From the NCBI GenBank assembly GCA_012295275.1, contig CM022669.1:13578001-13642000 (forward strand): DNA of 64,000 bases. Reading direction: 5' to 3'. This document shows, piece by piece, positions 43,459 through 57,074 of this stretch. The notes beneath the pieces were generated by a model, which saw only the letters and a program-made list of their open reading frames with translations, had not been told where the DNA came from and did not search any database. Made by a program: the position numbers and the translations under genes. The stretch comes from Chrysomallon squamiferum (Eukaryota; Animalia; Mollusca). How positions within the stretch are numbered: position 1 is the stretch's first letter; every line of letters begins with the position of its first letter.

Positions 43459-44096
43459 CTTTAAAACCGTATCTATATTTGTTATTCATCAAGCCATTAT
43501 GAAATCTGAATGTTCTGTTATGAAAAATTTCAAATATCTGTGAGTCACTGAAACTTAAGAGGAGAAACCAGCTGTTGCCTCTTATTCATACTGTGTAATA
43601 AAGTCTACTGTAATAATTTGCTCTACCTTTTCTTGAATATAACACCAACAGTCGTAATGGTGTTGAAGTTAGTGTCACAGACAATAATGACGACGTCGAC
43701 AACACCAAAAACAAGAACAACAAAAACAACAATAATAGTAATAATAATGATGATGATTATACCAACAATAATAACAACAACAACAATAACAACAACAGTA
43801 ATAAAGAGAACAATAATAATATGTGGCTTATGACAGAAATAAGTATGCTTAAGAATTTTTCTCTCTGTTGTAAGATTTCTTTTTTTTTTTTCTCTCTAAA
43901 TAATAAAATAGGCATTGCTATTATTATTATTATTACTGTTATTATTATTGATATTATATTATTAATATTATTGTTATTATTGTTATTTTCATTATATTAT
44001 TATTAATTTTGATTATTATTGTTATTATTATTATTAATTTCATTATTTTCATTATATTATTCTTATTAATTTTCATTATTATTATTGTTAGTGTTA

Positions 44097-44148
<52 letters not shown>

Positions 44149-44339
44149 ACACACAAAAAAAACCCACAACATATCGAAACACCAAGAAGACCTATAAACG
44201 AGGATAATAATATACCTAATTCACTGCTTTACTTCTAATAAAGGCGTTATCATTATAAAATATATATATATATAAATATAAAAAAATATGTTTTACAAAA
44301 AGCCTCGTAGCGTTGGTAATTTTGACTCAGCGACACAAA

Positions 44340-44470
44340 CCATCGGTAAGTGGCTGATTATGGGACAACCTATTTTCATTTTCCCAGCCAATCAGATTCG
44401 CTTCGCTCGCTTCTATTGGCCGAGGGAAAGCCTTGAAAAACACGGAGGCCGCCGGGAATGAACAATCAGT
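44340..44470 (+). promoter_or_regulatory. candidate Pol II promoter with two opposed CCAAT boxes and an Inr-like TCAGT
   Basis: AGCCAATCAG at 44386-44395, CTATTGGC at 44413-44420, GC-rich gaggccgccggg, TCAGT at 44466-44470. Confidence 0.5.
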
Positions 44471-44655
44471 AGTTGTGTTTATCCCAGGGAAATATAATCG
44501 CGTTTGTAAGAGCCAGCGCATGTATGCATACATAAATAATAGCTATCCTCGTTCGGACGAGAAATATTCAGCGATGTGTGGATTGTAGTCGATAACCGTA
44601 AAGTGGTGGAATTCCGCTGTAAAATTTAAAAAAAAAAAAACCCCAAAAAAAAACA
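44467..44655 (+). other. candidate non-coding first exon
   Basis: Starts at the Inr-like site and ends at donor aca|gtgagt (44656-44661). Confidence 0.25.
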
Positions 44656-44859
44656 GTGAGTAGAGTTCAATTTTCAAATAAGTTTCAGTTTTTTATTTTT
44701 TTATTTTTTTTTTTTAATTTTATTAAATTTTAATTGATGTGTTTTTAAATTAAAGTGAGCGATCTTGTCGGAATTAACAGGCGAGTATTGTCGAGAGAGT
44801 GTTACGCAGTTTTGTTTAGAGACCGGAGGGAAATGGTAGTAAAGAGGCGAGTATATCGC

Positions 44860-45350
44860 GACAGAAAAAGAGACAGGGACAGAGATTTGCTGACAGACAA
44901 AAAAAGAGACAGAGACAAAGATACTCTGACAGAGAAATGAGACAGAGACAGAGAAACATATGGATGCAAACAGATTATGACAGAGACAGAGACAGAAATA
45001 CTCTGACAGAGAAAGTGACAGCGACAAATATATTATGACTGAAAAAGAGACAGAGACAAATATATCCTGATAGAGAAATAGACAGAAGAACTATATATAT
45101 ATGCAGATAGGTAGATAGATAGAGAGAGAGTAAGAGGCAGACAGACAGACAGACAGATAGATACATATATACATAGATAAATAGGTAGATAAAGCGATGG
45201 ATCGATAGATAGATGGACAGATAGATGGATGGAAGGACGAATGAATGCATGGATGGATACATACATACATATATACAAATATACATAGAGATACGCATAC
45301 ATGCACACAGACATAGACACAGACACCTTATACATACACACATACATAGA
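44860..45350. repeat. degenerate GAGACA-based minisatellite (~31-36 bp) plus GATA/CATA runs
   Basis: tgacagagaaa..gagacagagaca.a.ata recurs. Confidence 0.85.
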
Positions 45351-45607
45351 TAAGTGGAGACAGAAAGAGATTATAAAGAGAGTTAAATTAAGCTAAAAAA
45401 GTATTTAATTAATCATTATTCTCTTGTTATATGCGTTTTACATTCACTTGTGCAAATTTCATTATTTTAATTAAGTTATAAAGTTGACATTACCGCATCT
45501 TACAAATAACCTCAACAGGAAAAGTTGTGAACTTCACTATAACATATAGATTTTTTTTAAATAACGAGAAAAACAGGTGTTAACTATTTATCAGTAGTGC
45601 TAAAATG

Positions 45608-45645
<38 letters not shown>

Positions 45646-46879
45646 AAAAGAAAGTTGAAACAAATAGTAAAAAAAAAAAAAAAAAAGACAACAAAACTTT
45701 GTTCATTCAACCGTTTCTGAAAACGACGTATCGTATGTGACTAAGCCTGTAACAACTTCAGCTCACTGTTGAGAATATTAACGAAGTGTGTGGTGGGAAT
45801 ATTAAAACGATGTTATCAGCTGCACTTCAAGTCAAACCAGGAACATCGGACTTCTTTATGAAAAAAAATTTAAAAAAACTTGTCGTCTCCTGTTATGAAA
45901 AAAAAGATGCTGCGATAAGTCCCGTAATAGCTTTCGTCCAAGTTCGAGGACAGAAAAAAGAACCCAGCTATAGCGTACACAGTTTCTTTTATCAAGTAGA
46001 GTCTCCCTTTTCCAAGAAGCTGCTTGAATATAATAATAACATTAGTGGTTTCGCATCAGAGGGCATTTATTTATAGCAAGTTCAGATCTGATGTTTACTC
46101 ACATTACAGTCTTCACGCTCGTAAACAGAAGGGATAATGTATGGGACATTTTCTTTCGTATTATCTTCCTTAAATTTTATATCAGTTTCATTCTGTTTCT
46201 TCATTTTTGTTTTCTTGTTATTTTTTTTTTTTTTTTTTTTTTCAAGTTTAAATATCAGTGTTAAATATCAGTATTATTTTTCCATTTATTTGAGAGGCGG
46301 CTTTTTAAAAAGAACTGGCTTTTACAATCTAAAGTCTGAAAAATCCTGTGTGAGAATAATTGAAGAGTTGTTTTGTTTCGGCGCTTTTTGTTTTAAATCT
46401 CAACGGGTTTTTTTGGACAATAATTTGTAAAATGCCATTGTTGTTGTTTTTTTTCGGCTTTTTTTTTATCCTTAATGAGATCCAAGTAACTTTAAAAAGA
46501 AACTGAGAACACGAAGACAAAGGATTGCATGCATAATTTTCGAATAAAATTAGTTCTGGTAGTTACTTGATATTCTCGTATCTTCAGTACACGACAATTG
46601 CCATGGTCACAAATTAATCTTTAATAAAGTTTAGAAATAATGTAACTGACTGTAATTACTTAAATAACACACACACTCACATACACACATCACTCATATT
46701 CACTCATACTTACGTATCAGTACATATACACTCATACAAACACATACCAATAACGCACACATGTATATATATATATACACACACAAACATACATATCCTG
46801 AAACATATGCACATTATCTCTGTCTATGTATGTATGGTTGTGTGTCTGTTTTTGTGTGTGTGTGTGTATGTGTGTGTGT

Positions 46880-47201
<322 letters not shown>

Positions 47202-47251
47202 AATTGAGACCTATAATACTCAGACATTTTCCCTACGACTTTGGGGTCTGT

Positions 47252-47325
47252 GAAAAAGACTAGCTAATGGCGTAACATCAACGAGTTTCCTCTCTTATTA
47301 TTTCACAGCCTTTACGATTTATATT
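47252..47325 (+). mobile_element. possible SINE 3'-region fragment
   Basis: gaaaaagactagctaatggcgtaacatcaacgagtttcctctctta shares gtttcctct with 59128 and resembles the recalled SINE tail. Confidence 0.3.
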
Positions 47326-47710
47326 GATATTAAATTAATTCTTATTTCATTTCTTACAGAATATGTCTTCCTCTCTTTCCACCTCAGTTCTCTCGAATCG
47401 ATTTTTTTATTTTCTTGCTTTTTTCCATTCTACACAAGAGATACAGAAAATTGTTATTTTCATCTAACTTTTACGTCTTTTTTTAATTCGTTTGTGAGAG
47501 AGAATTTTTTTCATTGGTTTCTGTTTTCATTCCGGTTTCTCGAATAAACCAGGAAATGCAGATGCAGATGCGTATATATCCTTCACCAGCAGTTCGATCA
47601 CTATTTTAGTAATAGACGAACGTCAGAAAGACTTTTAATAAATACTGTAACAACTCATAACAGTGATAAAAGCAGATTATTGGTTTCTTGGATGTGAATA
47701 AAAATATATT

Positions 47711-48115
47711 ACCAAATGGCTTCAAAGATTACCTACCGGTAAATGTTATTACCGTTATTCATAACAAACATATTACTGAATTAATGAACTTATTATTCTT
47801 GATCAAATAACTTGTAAGATTATCTTACTAATAAAAGTTATTACCGCATTAAAAAACAAAAACAAAAAAACAAAAAAACAAAACAAAACCCTGCTAAAAA
47901 CTTATTATTCATGACCAAATAACATGTATGGATTACCTTACCCATAAATGTTATTACGGTATTCAAAAATATATTAAAAGATATCTTCGTGACCAAACGA
48001 CTTGTAAGATAAATGTCCCACAAAAACGTTCTTCATGAAACTCACTAAAAACGTTGTTTTTTTGTTGTTTTTTTTAACATGAGCCAACGGCTTGTAAATT
48101 TACCGTACCAAGAAA
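47711..48115 (+). repeat. old ~80-110-bp tandem repeat, ~5 diverged copies
   Basis: Motif gaccaaataacttgtaagattaccttacc.ataaatgttattaccg seen near 47711, 47801, 47913, 47991 and 48081. Confidence 0.8.
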
Positions 48116-50814
48116 AAAACAGTGATTAAACTGTTCTTTGTTTTTTTTTTGTAATCTTATCAAAAGCAATTCCCCAGTGTAAATAAGATAATGCCAAAAT
48201 CAACAACCCGTTCAGACCAATTAATTATACACCACTGACCCATCACCTTTGCGTCTTTGATGTTTAAGATTTTCTTCTTTGTCGAGAAATCACCTGTTAA
48301 AGTGCAAAGCGATTAAAATAAAAACACCGCACCCCAAAAACCTTGATACGTACAGTTAGACAGGTGTTCTCAGTACAGCTGTGTTTATGCTTTAACACTC
48401 GCTAGAATCAAGAGAAACCTGTGTAGTGACTGGGAAAGTGCTGTTCTGCGGCGTATTGGTTCTATGACTTTTTTCCTCATTGACAATGGAGTGATTTTAT
48501 TCTCATACTGTATGATGACAGTACAGAGAAGAATGTATTACAGATATATGATAACACAATTAAAATGTGTGGAAGTTTAACGTGGAGGACATACTCTCTC
48601 ACATATAGTTCTTATTAACAAACATAACTGTTTTGATATAAATATATTTTTACTGTTAAAACATTATTATATGAATATTTTTTGGGGGTGTCTCGTGGGT
48701 TTTATCTGGTATACCTTTTCTGTTTAATTACATAGGATCATTACACTCAAATAGGCCTGTATAGTGATAATCATTTCCAGTTTTGTTACAAATATGACAT
48801 TTTCTGTTTTCTCTCAGACAGTTTCGATATTAAGTCAGCCCTTACGACTGTCTAATTAAACACCGTGATATGTATTTTCCTGTTTAGAAAAAACAAATTC
48901 TCGTTGCTGTTGTCTATCAACTGGGTTTCTTCTCTCAGTTTTTTTTTTTTTTTTTTTTATCGGATAGTTCAGTTCTAGGTAAGCGCTTTAACCACGGAAA
49001 CACAAACCTTTATTCATTTTCTTTTTTTTTCTCTCTCTCTGTTTTTCTTTCTTTCATTCTTATCATAATAATGAAAATAACGGAAATTGCTTGTTGTTCT
49101 TATACGTTTTTTTTTTTATTAGTTGCAGCAGAAGAGGTTTCATATTACGTGTAATAAGATATAAAGAGGAAAGCATAAATCCTGGTTTCTATGGTTTCTA
49201 TGGTTTCTATAACACCAGGAATGTATTAATGTCAAGAAATGGTTAATTATAGTACAGCTTGTTTAAACTAAATATGTAAATACGATAAGTCGTAAAGAAT
49301 TCAGTAGATGTCTTTCTAAGTATAAAAATGACAGATCTCAGATATTTACGAGTTTTACATATTGGTTTGATAAATATTGTGCATGTTATGTGGAATTATA
49401 GTTCAGTATTTTTTTTGTGTGTCTCTAGTCCTCAGCTATTTAACTCTTTCAGCAAAAGGCGAATAGTTTTTTTTTACTCGTCTTATATAATTAACCTCAT
49501 TTCTTCAATTGGTTTATATAATATTTGTCTAGGTCTGTAATTATGTTACAAACTGTTTTCCTCTAAAGCCCTTCGGGACTGTATTTTAAGCTGAGCTTTC
49601 AACGGAACAACTATTCGAAGTTTTAATTTTGTATATTGAAGACTTTGGTATAAAGCCATACCGGTTTTTTTTTCTTTCAGTCCCAGCACAATACAGACAA
49701 TTTTTTTTTTTTTTTTTTTTTTTGATATCAGCGCAGCATGCAATTTGTGAAATATGCTGAAAACCAATTTTATAGGAATCCGCGTTCTCTGTGACGCTGG
49801 GAAAATGCTGGATGATTATTTGACAATTTACGTCTCCCTGTAGCCCGTGTTATCGCAATTACCGTGACAAAAAGATTTCTTCGTATCCATTAATTGGAGT
49901 TTTATGTCCTTGTAAATTTGTCTTTTTTTTCCCCCTCTCTTCTCCTTCTTCCTTTGGAAAAGAGAGACGATGTCGGATTCAGATGAATGGACACGTAAAG
50001 CGATTAAATGTTAATGTGCGAAACAAAATCTGCGTCGGAATTAGTAGTCACGTACCGTGATTATACCTAAACGAACCGTTTTTTTTTTTTTTTTTTTTTA
50101 TCAATAATAAATAGGCACTCCTGTTGATATATCGTTTTAGAATTTATTATTGACTTTCTTTTACAACTGTTATCGGTTAAAACTGAAAGTTATTGCACAA
50201 GAAAATTGGTGTCTTGAAAATATTCAGACGAATCCAAATTGCTGGTTATTGCGAGCATTATCCAGGCAGATTGTACGAGGGATGTCGAAAAGTATTTCAG
50301 CTGTAAAAAATAATTTGTATTTCGTGAGTTATCGTGCTTTGATAAGAAATGAACAGATGCTACGTCTGACAAACCTTATTTCAGTGTTTTATATTGTTTT
50401 TGTTTGTGCCTGTATGGATCCACGAGGGGGCGTTTACAAAGACCCAGCCTCACTGCTTTTGAAAACGCTTGATCAGTAATACAAATAACGAACCTAGTGT
50501 TCTGTTTGTGAACAAACGTTTGTGGTATGTGCTCACTTGCTTGGACAAGCGGTTATACGGAATACAAAGTATCGTTAGCCTGTATAATTTTTTGCAAATC
50601 GATGGTTTATATCGATATTGTGCAGTCACTAACAAAGATGGTGTTGCTTCGGGAGTTTTTTCTTAATGATGAAAATAATTTTATTTTATCATTTATTTCT
50701 CACCATGCTGGTAGTTCATCTGTTTTTTTGAAATAGAGACCTGCTGCTCAAACCGAAAAAAAAAAACACACAGGAATATTTTTTGACACTGAAGATTCTC
50801 CTTGTTATCGTATC

Positions 50815-51075
50815 TTGACTTGAGCATATTTGAAACAGAAAATAACCATATGTCTTAACTTGAGCTTATGTTTACAATTAGATAATAATAATTATGCACG
50901 TGTATTTAATTGCTTTCTATATGTTGAAAAACAGTAATTATGTCTTGAAATGTTTATTTAGGTGACTCAGTTTTTAATTGCTTGTACCTACTTGAAAACA
51001 GCAATTATGTACACATATTTAATTGCTTGGGTTATTATGTGCCGTAATTACGTACAGCGCATTCAGTTGCTTTCG
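50815..51075 (+). repeat. degenerate minisatellite
   Basis: aattatg....tatttaattgctt and ttgaaaacag recur 3-4 times. Confidence 0.65.
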
Positions 51076-52694
51076 TTTTCCTGGGACAGTCTGAAAACGG
51101 CTACAAGAGCATTCTGTATTAAGACACGCCCGCTCTGGCCACAAAAATCAAACACGTTTATTCTGTGCCAGAATTAGGTTAGTATGTTAATACTGCACAG
51201 CTGTTGTCTTTTTTCATCAGACTCTGTAACTAAATGTTACAAATGTTTGCGCATTCAAAGACACACAGTTCTAGTCTAAATCTTTTGGCCACTTTCCAGG
51301 CATAATGAATAAAAAAATATTGTTGTTTTTTACCGCATTGGCCATTCTTATCACGTTAAAACATTTCTGATGTTATAATAGTCGTTTACACGACTCCCTT
51401 TTCTGTTTATTGAATCAGTGTATTAGGCTGATAATAAATGATATATATAAGAGATATGTCTTGTAACAATGGAGGATATAATTATTCGAAATCTGACGCT
51501 TATTTCGACTGTTAAGGAAGTTTGTGGCTGGTTTATTTGATCATGTATAGGAATTAGACGCCAATTTGTTCTCACTGGATTTTATCCTATCATCTGCGTC
51601 AATTTAGACTACATAAAACTTTCTCAAACTGGAATGTTCTGTTCTGAAAAAAAAATGTGTTGTTGTTTCTTTCTTTTTTTTTTTAAAGATTAATTAGGCT
51701 TCAATTGAACAAATTTATCTCCAAGGTTTTAATTTTTTTTTTTTTTTGATTAGATTATTTTTTTTATTTTATTTTTTTTATTTAATATTTTTTAAATTTT
51801 ATTTATTTATTTATTTTTATTTATTTTTTTTTTAATTGAATCGTTTTCACTTTTTTTTTTTTATTTATTTATTTTTTTTTTTTTTTTTTGTCCGTCAGTT
51901 AAATGTTACATTGAAACACTCATGCCAATCTTGGTTCACGATCATGAATTTTAGTTTTATGGCCAGTGTTGATTTTACACAGGATTAGTTAGATAGAGAT
52001 CGCGAAGTTTACAGCAGTTTGTCTCAACATAGTGGCGAACTCCCTAAACAGGATCAGTTTTAATTTGTTATATTTTCTGAACTTTTAATGTCGATGGCAA
52101 ATTAAATCCTGCCTTACATTTGTTTTATGGACTATGTTAATGAATACGACCGTTTCGTACATATTCTAAACGTGGTATAATCTAAAGATGCTCTATAATA
52201 ATAGCATAAAAGTGTTTCAAAATCTTTGAGGGGTTGAGAAGGAGCAGAACTCCAAAAAAGAACCCCCATTGGTAACACGTTTTAGGTACGGTTGGTGTTA
52301 TACTATCCTAGTTACCTTTGGGAAGGATCGATCGTAATACATAACAATCTTAGTGTCGTCTACTTAACCGCCCTGGGATAGGAACGTACGTATACAGTTT
52401 TTCAGAGAATGATTTTGTTAAAGAGCAAACATCTTATATATCGATAGCATGAATGTCGGTAATGCCATTTGAAAGGTTAAAGCCGACAACAACACAGGTG
52501 TATACATTCACCTGCATGTAATGCCACAGACACGTGGAAAATAAACAAAACACAAAGACAGAGAGCAGGAACTAACTTTTTTTCTCTCAAAAGAAATATC
52601 TGTGATATGTAACTCAATGATAGAATGTTTTTGCCTGTTGAATCCTTTGGAGCATGATCGGTTCAAACTGTTCTTCTTAGATGGAACTCGCGCG

Positions 52695-52890
52695 CACACA
52701 CACACAGACACACAGACACACAAACACACGGACACACAGAAACACACACAGAAACACACACAGACACACACACACACACACACACACAGACACACGGACA
52801 CACACAGACACACAGACACACATACACACGGACACACACACACACACACACACACAGACACACGGACACACAGACACACAGACACACAGA
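52695..52890. repeat. (CA)n interrupted by cacagac/cacggac
   Basis: Seen directly. Confidence 0.93.
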
Positions 52891-53211
52891 TACAGGCCTT
52901 AAATTCACACAATTCATAAATTACAATTCATTTAACAAATATCCATCCAGCAAATCGCTGATGAATACATCATCATCCTTATATCAGAACCACCTAATCT
53001 GAAATACTGTTGCATTATGAGACTGCATTACAGCCGAATATATAATACACAATGAACGTAAATGTACCTGATGACCGTGTATTCTTGATGGTAGTATCTC
53101 TATGACATGTAACCACGTAATGAATTATTAGATCAATAAAACCGTCATACTGCTATAAGTTTAGCTAATCCATTTGAGTCTTGATTGCAGAGCTCCTCTT
53201 GTAAAGGTTTC

Positions 53212-53391
53212 ATTATTTTCTTACCCGGTAGCTTAATGAAGACTTGTTTAAGCGGTGACAGTTCATTAACAAGTTATTTACTTGTTTCGTGTCTCGTAAT
53301 GTTATCCCATCTTTCAAAATTGGGCCGAGATTTCCAAACCAATTATTAAGGTTTAACTGCATTTAGAACTGTTACTTAATATTCATCTGGA
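53212..53391 (+). repeat. inverted repeat arm A (pairs with 57075-57282)
   Basis: 53231-53288 matches the reverse complement of 57200-57257 at 53 of 58 positions; weaker similarity extends on both sides. Confidence 0.9.
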
Positions 53392-54454
53392 GGTGTTACT
53401 TAATATTTGTTTAAAGATGTATGATAAAGAAAGAAAAACGAAGATGTTCTAAATTCAATAAAAACGTATCGAGATTGCTTTATGTAACGCAAAAAAAAAA
53501 AAAATAATAATAATAATAATAATAACTAAATCCAAAAACAATAATACAACCTAATAATACAACCTAATTTGTTTTCTTATTAACAGTAGATTTTTTTAAA
53601 AAAATTTTATTATTTCTTTTTTTTTTTTTTACATTTTAATTTTGAACGGGAAAAAACAAACAAAACAAACAACAACAACAAACAACAACAACAATAAAAA
53701 AAAAACCCTTAAATTTGCAGAATATATTTAGACAATTTCTTTTCGTCTAACCAAAGGCATTATACGTATTCTAATGAAGTGAAGAACTGGATGACATATG
53801 GCACACCTGAAATCCCAGTCGTATTGTTTAATCAAGCAAAGAACCAATACTGACGATGTTTCGGCAGAAATAGTTCTGTCGCACACGTAATTATGACACT
53901 GACATTTGAAATTCGCGCCAGTGTAGCAAGAGTGTGGGTTTTCTAATACGGTTAATAGGCCGTGGAACAGCATCAGATATTCTGGCACGCAGTGAAATCA
54001 CGTAAAGGTGACTGAAGCAATCTGTAATTGGCTAATTTATAATTTATGAAACGGTTATTATTAACGGGGAAAAGGAAGTACTTCGTATGACTTGAGGGGA
54101 TAATAGTAGGATTTACGTCGTGATAATGATCAAGAAAACATGATGATGATTATGATGATGAATATGTTGATTGTGATGATGAAAACATGATGATGTGGAT
54201 TTGATGATGATTATGATTATGATGATGATTTGAATATCCTGTTGCTGCTGCTGATGATGATAATGTTAATATGGATAATGATTATGAAGATGATGATGAT
54301 CATCATGATCTTGAAGATTAATGTGATAGACTGATAGATAGCTAGACAGATAGCCAGACAGATAGATAATAATGTTGCTATTAATTCCTTCCATAGATTA
54401 ATTCATAACAAAGTTAAAATCACCGAAAGGTCAAATCCCAGCCAAGGATATAAT

Positions 54455-54690
54455 CTGATAACGGATGACGTCATCTTTAACAGCACTGTTAACACAAAGT
54501 GCTCGAGCGGCCATTCCAAGAGGCGTAATTAGCACTGGGATGGCGTTTGAAATTAGCGCCATTGTCGAAACGTCACGGGTTGAGAAACGCGTTCACTGGG
54601 TTGTTATTTTACCTCGCATCCTTGCAGAGACGCACGTTCGGCCGAGACTCCATTTGCTCTTGGCGATCAGCAGACGCCATTAATTACATT
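54455..54690. promoter_or_regulatory. CpG-rich motif island (palindromic CRE, CDE/CHR-like site)
   Basis: Perfect 12-bp palindrome GATGACGTCATC at 54464-54475; minus-strand TGGCGC-N4-TTCAAA at 54546-54561. Confidence 0.35.
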
Positions 54691-56523
54691 ACAGACCCGA
54701 CTGATTGTAATTACTGTAATAGAATGTTGTTTCTGGTTTTCGAATGGTGTTAGGACAGAGAAATGAGGTCTCGCTTGAAGAATCTGGAGTTTGTCATTAC
54801 AGACCTTTTGTGGTGGTTTTGCTGATGTGATGCATTAAGTGGTATTAAATATGGAAAAAGCGAATCCACAGTATGCTTTGTTTTATATATATATATATAT
54901 AATAGTGTAGATTTTAGATCGGACGTAGAGGGAAACACGTGCTGATATTATCAGTATCGTTATCATAATAACAATAATAAAAAAGATATATAAAATAATA
55001 TGTTGGACTATGTGTATGTGTATTTGTGTATGTGTGTGTATGTGTGTGTGTGTGTGTGTGTATATACACATATGCATTTATATATTAGTATATATGTGTG
55101 TGTCTGTTTGGATGTCGGTATGTGCGTAGATGTTTATGAGTCAGTGTGCGTGTTTGTCTGTATATGTGTCTGTTATTACACTGTTACAGATTTTATTTAT
55201 TGACACGTACAACTTAATAATTAATCCGTATGGCAGATCTAGTACACTCGCACTGACCTGACACAAATGGAAAAAGAACAGTGAGGATTACTTTTGTTAT
55301 TAGTTTAAAAAGTAAAACAAACCAAAGGAAATTAAATTAAACATTATTTATTTAAGCGAAACAGCCGTGCTTGGCGAGTAAGGTTATACATAATTCACAG
55401 GTATAACTTTGATGTGACGTGATTAAAAAAGTTACGCTTTAATTACAGTCGAAATATCTGCACTGCATTCTCGTCTCAGGAGACCCGATATAAAAAAAAA
55501 AAAAAAAAAATTTCAAATTCACTTCCACTTCCAATTCCCACGTAATAATTGCGTTCCATCTGTTTTTAATACTTCGACCCACCCACTGACGTTTTATTTT
55601 AGAATTCCCAAATGTTGATCAGAGCTAGAGAATTAATTAATTAAAAACATTGTACTTTTTAGTACTTGTTTATAGATCTGCAAAAAATGAAACCAGGAAG
55701 AAGTGCATCATCCGCAATTTTTTTTTTTTTTTTTTTTTCTTAAATTTAATTTTATTTAATTTTTTTTATAAATGTTTTTAAATGTTTTGTTTTCAGCTTC
55801 AATTTCTGTTTTGTTTATTCATGATGAAATTAATTTCATATTAAAATGTTTGCCCACCACCTTCATAATCTTCATTCCTCAATCCCTGGTCTGCTCATTT
55901 TACTGGTATTATTTTGGATGAAATGTTCAACACTTTTCTGCTTTTCTGGAACCGCTCCCGATAGTCACTGCATTAACGACGTCATCTTTAATGTTATGTC
56001 AATACATTTAAGCAGCTCTAGATCCGCTCCTGAATTCTAAAGCCTACACACATTCATTTGCAAAACATTATGTTTTTAAATCGATACCCAGTTAACGATA
56101 TTGGATGTCATAGACTGGCTGCTTATTTATTTATTTATTTTGTTTAACAAACCTGACACGCGGTATTCTCTAGACAATCAAACAGCAATTATATATATAT
56201 ATAAAAATATATATATATATGTATTATTTCTGTGTGATGTCCTCTTGTTTTGAATGTGGTTGTATGTAAAACGACTAGCTGTGTATTAATTCAAGCGTAC
56301 AACGAAAAAGATTTTTTTTTTTTTTTTCAAAAAGCAAGAAAGATCGGGAACTTTTTGATGATCGTTGAAACAAACAGCCGCAGGGACAAAACCACACTTT
56401 GAGTGCCTCTGGTGTATTTATTCTGATTCATACTTGATAAAGGCAGCCAGTGGATTAAATTTTGCGCAGTGTGAAGAAAAACAAGCTGTGTGTTTAATAT
56501 AATGTGTTTAGATACAGATCTGA

Positions 56524-56681
56524 GTCTTCGACGGCTTACTTCTTCATTTGAGCTGAAATTATTTAACTGGCTCAATCCTGTACGACTTGACGTCACTAGA
56601 CAAGACTGAACTATGTGAAGTCTTCTTTGGCTTACTTCTTCATATGAGTTGAAATTACGTCACTGCCTCCAGTCCATACGA
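56524..56681 (+). repeat. ~96-bp-period diverged duplication
   Basis: gtcttc...ggcttacttcttcat.tgag.tgaaatta at 56524 and 56620. Confidence 0.88.
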
Positions 56682-56798
56682 AATAAAATGATTAAGTATG
56701 TCTTTTCCTGTCTGGGGGAAATAAATATGAAACATAATCTTCTAGTAACCGATAAATATATTTGATATTTTGGCGATAGCGGCTTTTATTTCTTGAGC

Positions 56799-56804
<6 letters not shown>

Positions 56805-56892
<88 letters not shown>

Positions 56893-56937
56893 GTCTGTCT
56901 CTGTCTCTGTCTCTCTTTCTGTCTCTCTGTCTCTATG

Positions 56938-56985
<48 letters not shown>

Positions 56986-56990
56986 ACACA
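56805..56990. repeat. compound (CT)n-(CTGT)n-(CA)n microsatellite
   Basis: Seen directly. Confidence 0.95.
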
Positions 56991-57074
56991 GTGACACTTA
57001 TACATTTACACATATCTAATCTAAACAGAGTTTCAATAGGAATATATATTTCTGAAAAATATTTACTGACCTAG

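Noticed and set aside
45786-46076. 96-aa non-repetitive ORF (also 50150..50479, 109 aa)
   Set aside because: Non-ATG starts, no recognisable domain, and length compatible with chance in 64 kb.
53728-53988. Minus-strand ORF with EGF-like-looking CYTGANFKCQCHNYVCDRT
   Set aside because: Cys spacing is incomplete for an EGF or laminin-EGF domain, it has a non-ATG start, and I found no supporting splice sites.
54130-54320. Asp-rich (GAT)n resembling acidic shell-matrix proteins
   Set aside because: The Asp frame shifts to poly-Met and reaches a stop within about 25 codons.
56504-56518. 15-bp match gtgtttagatacaga to a variant unit of the 32-bp minisatellite (~36799)
   Set aside because: Single short AT-rich match without periodicity; chance cannot be excluded.
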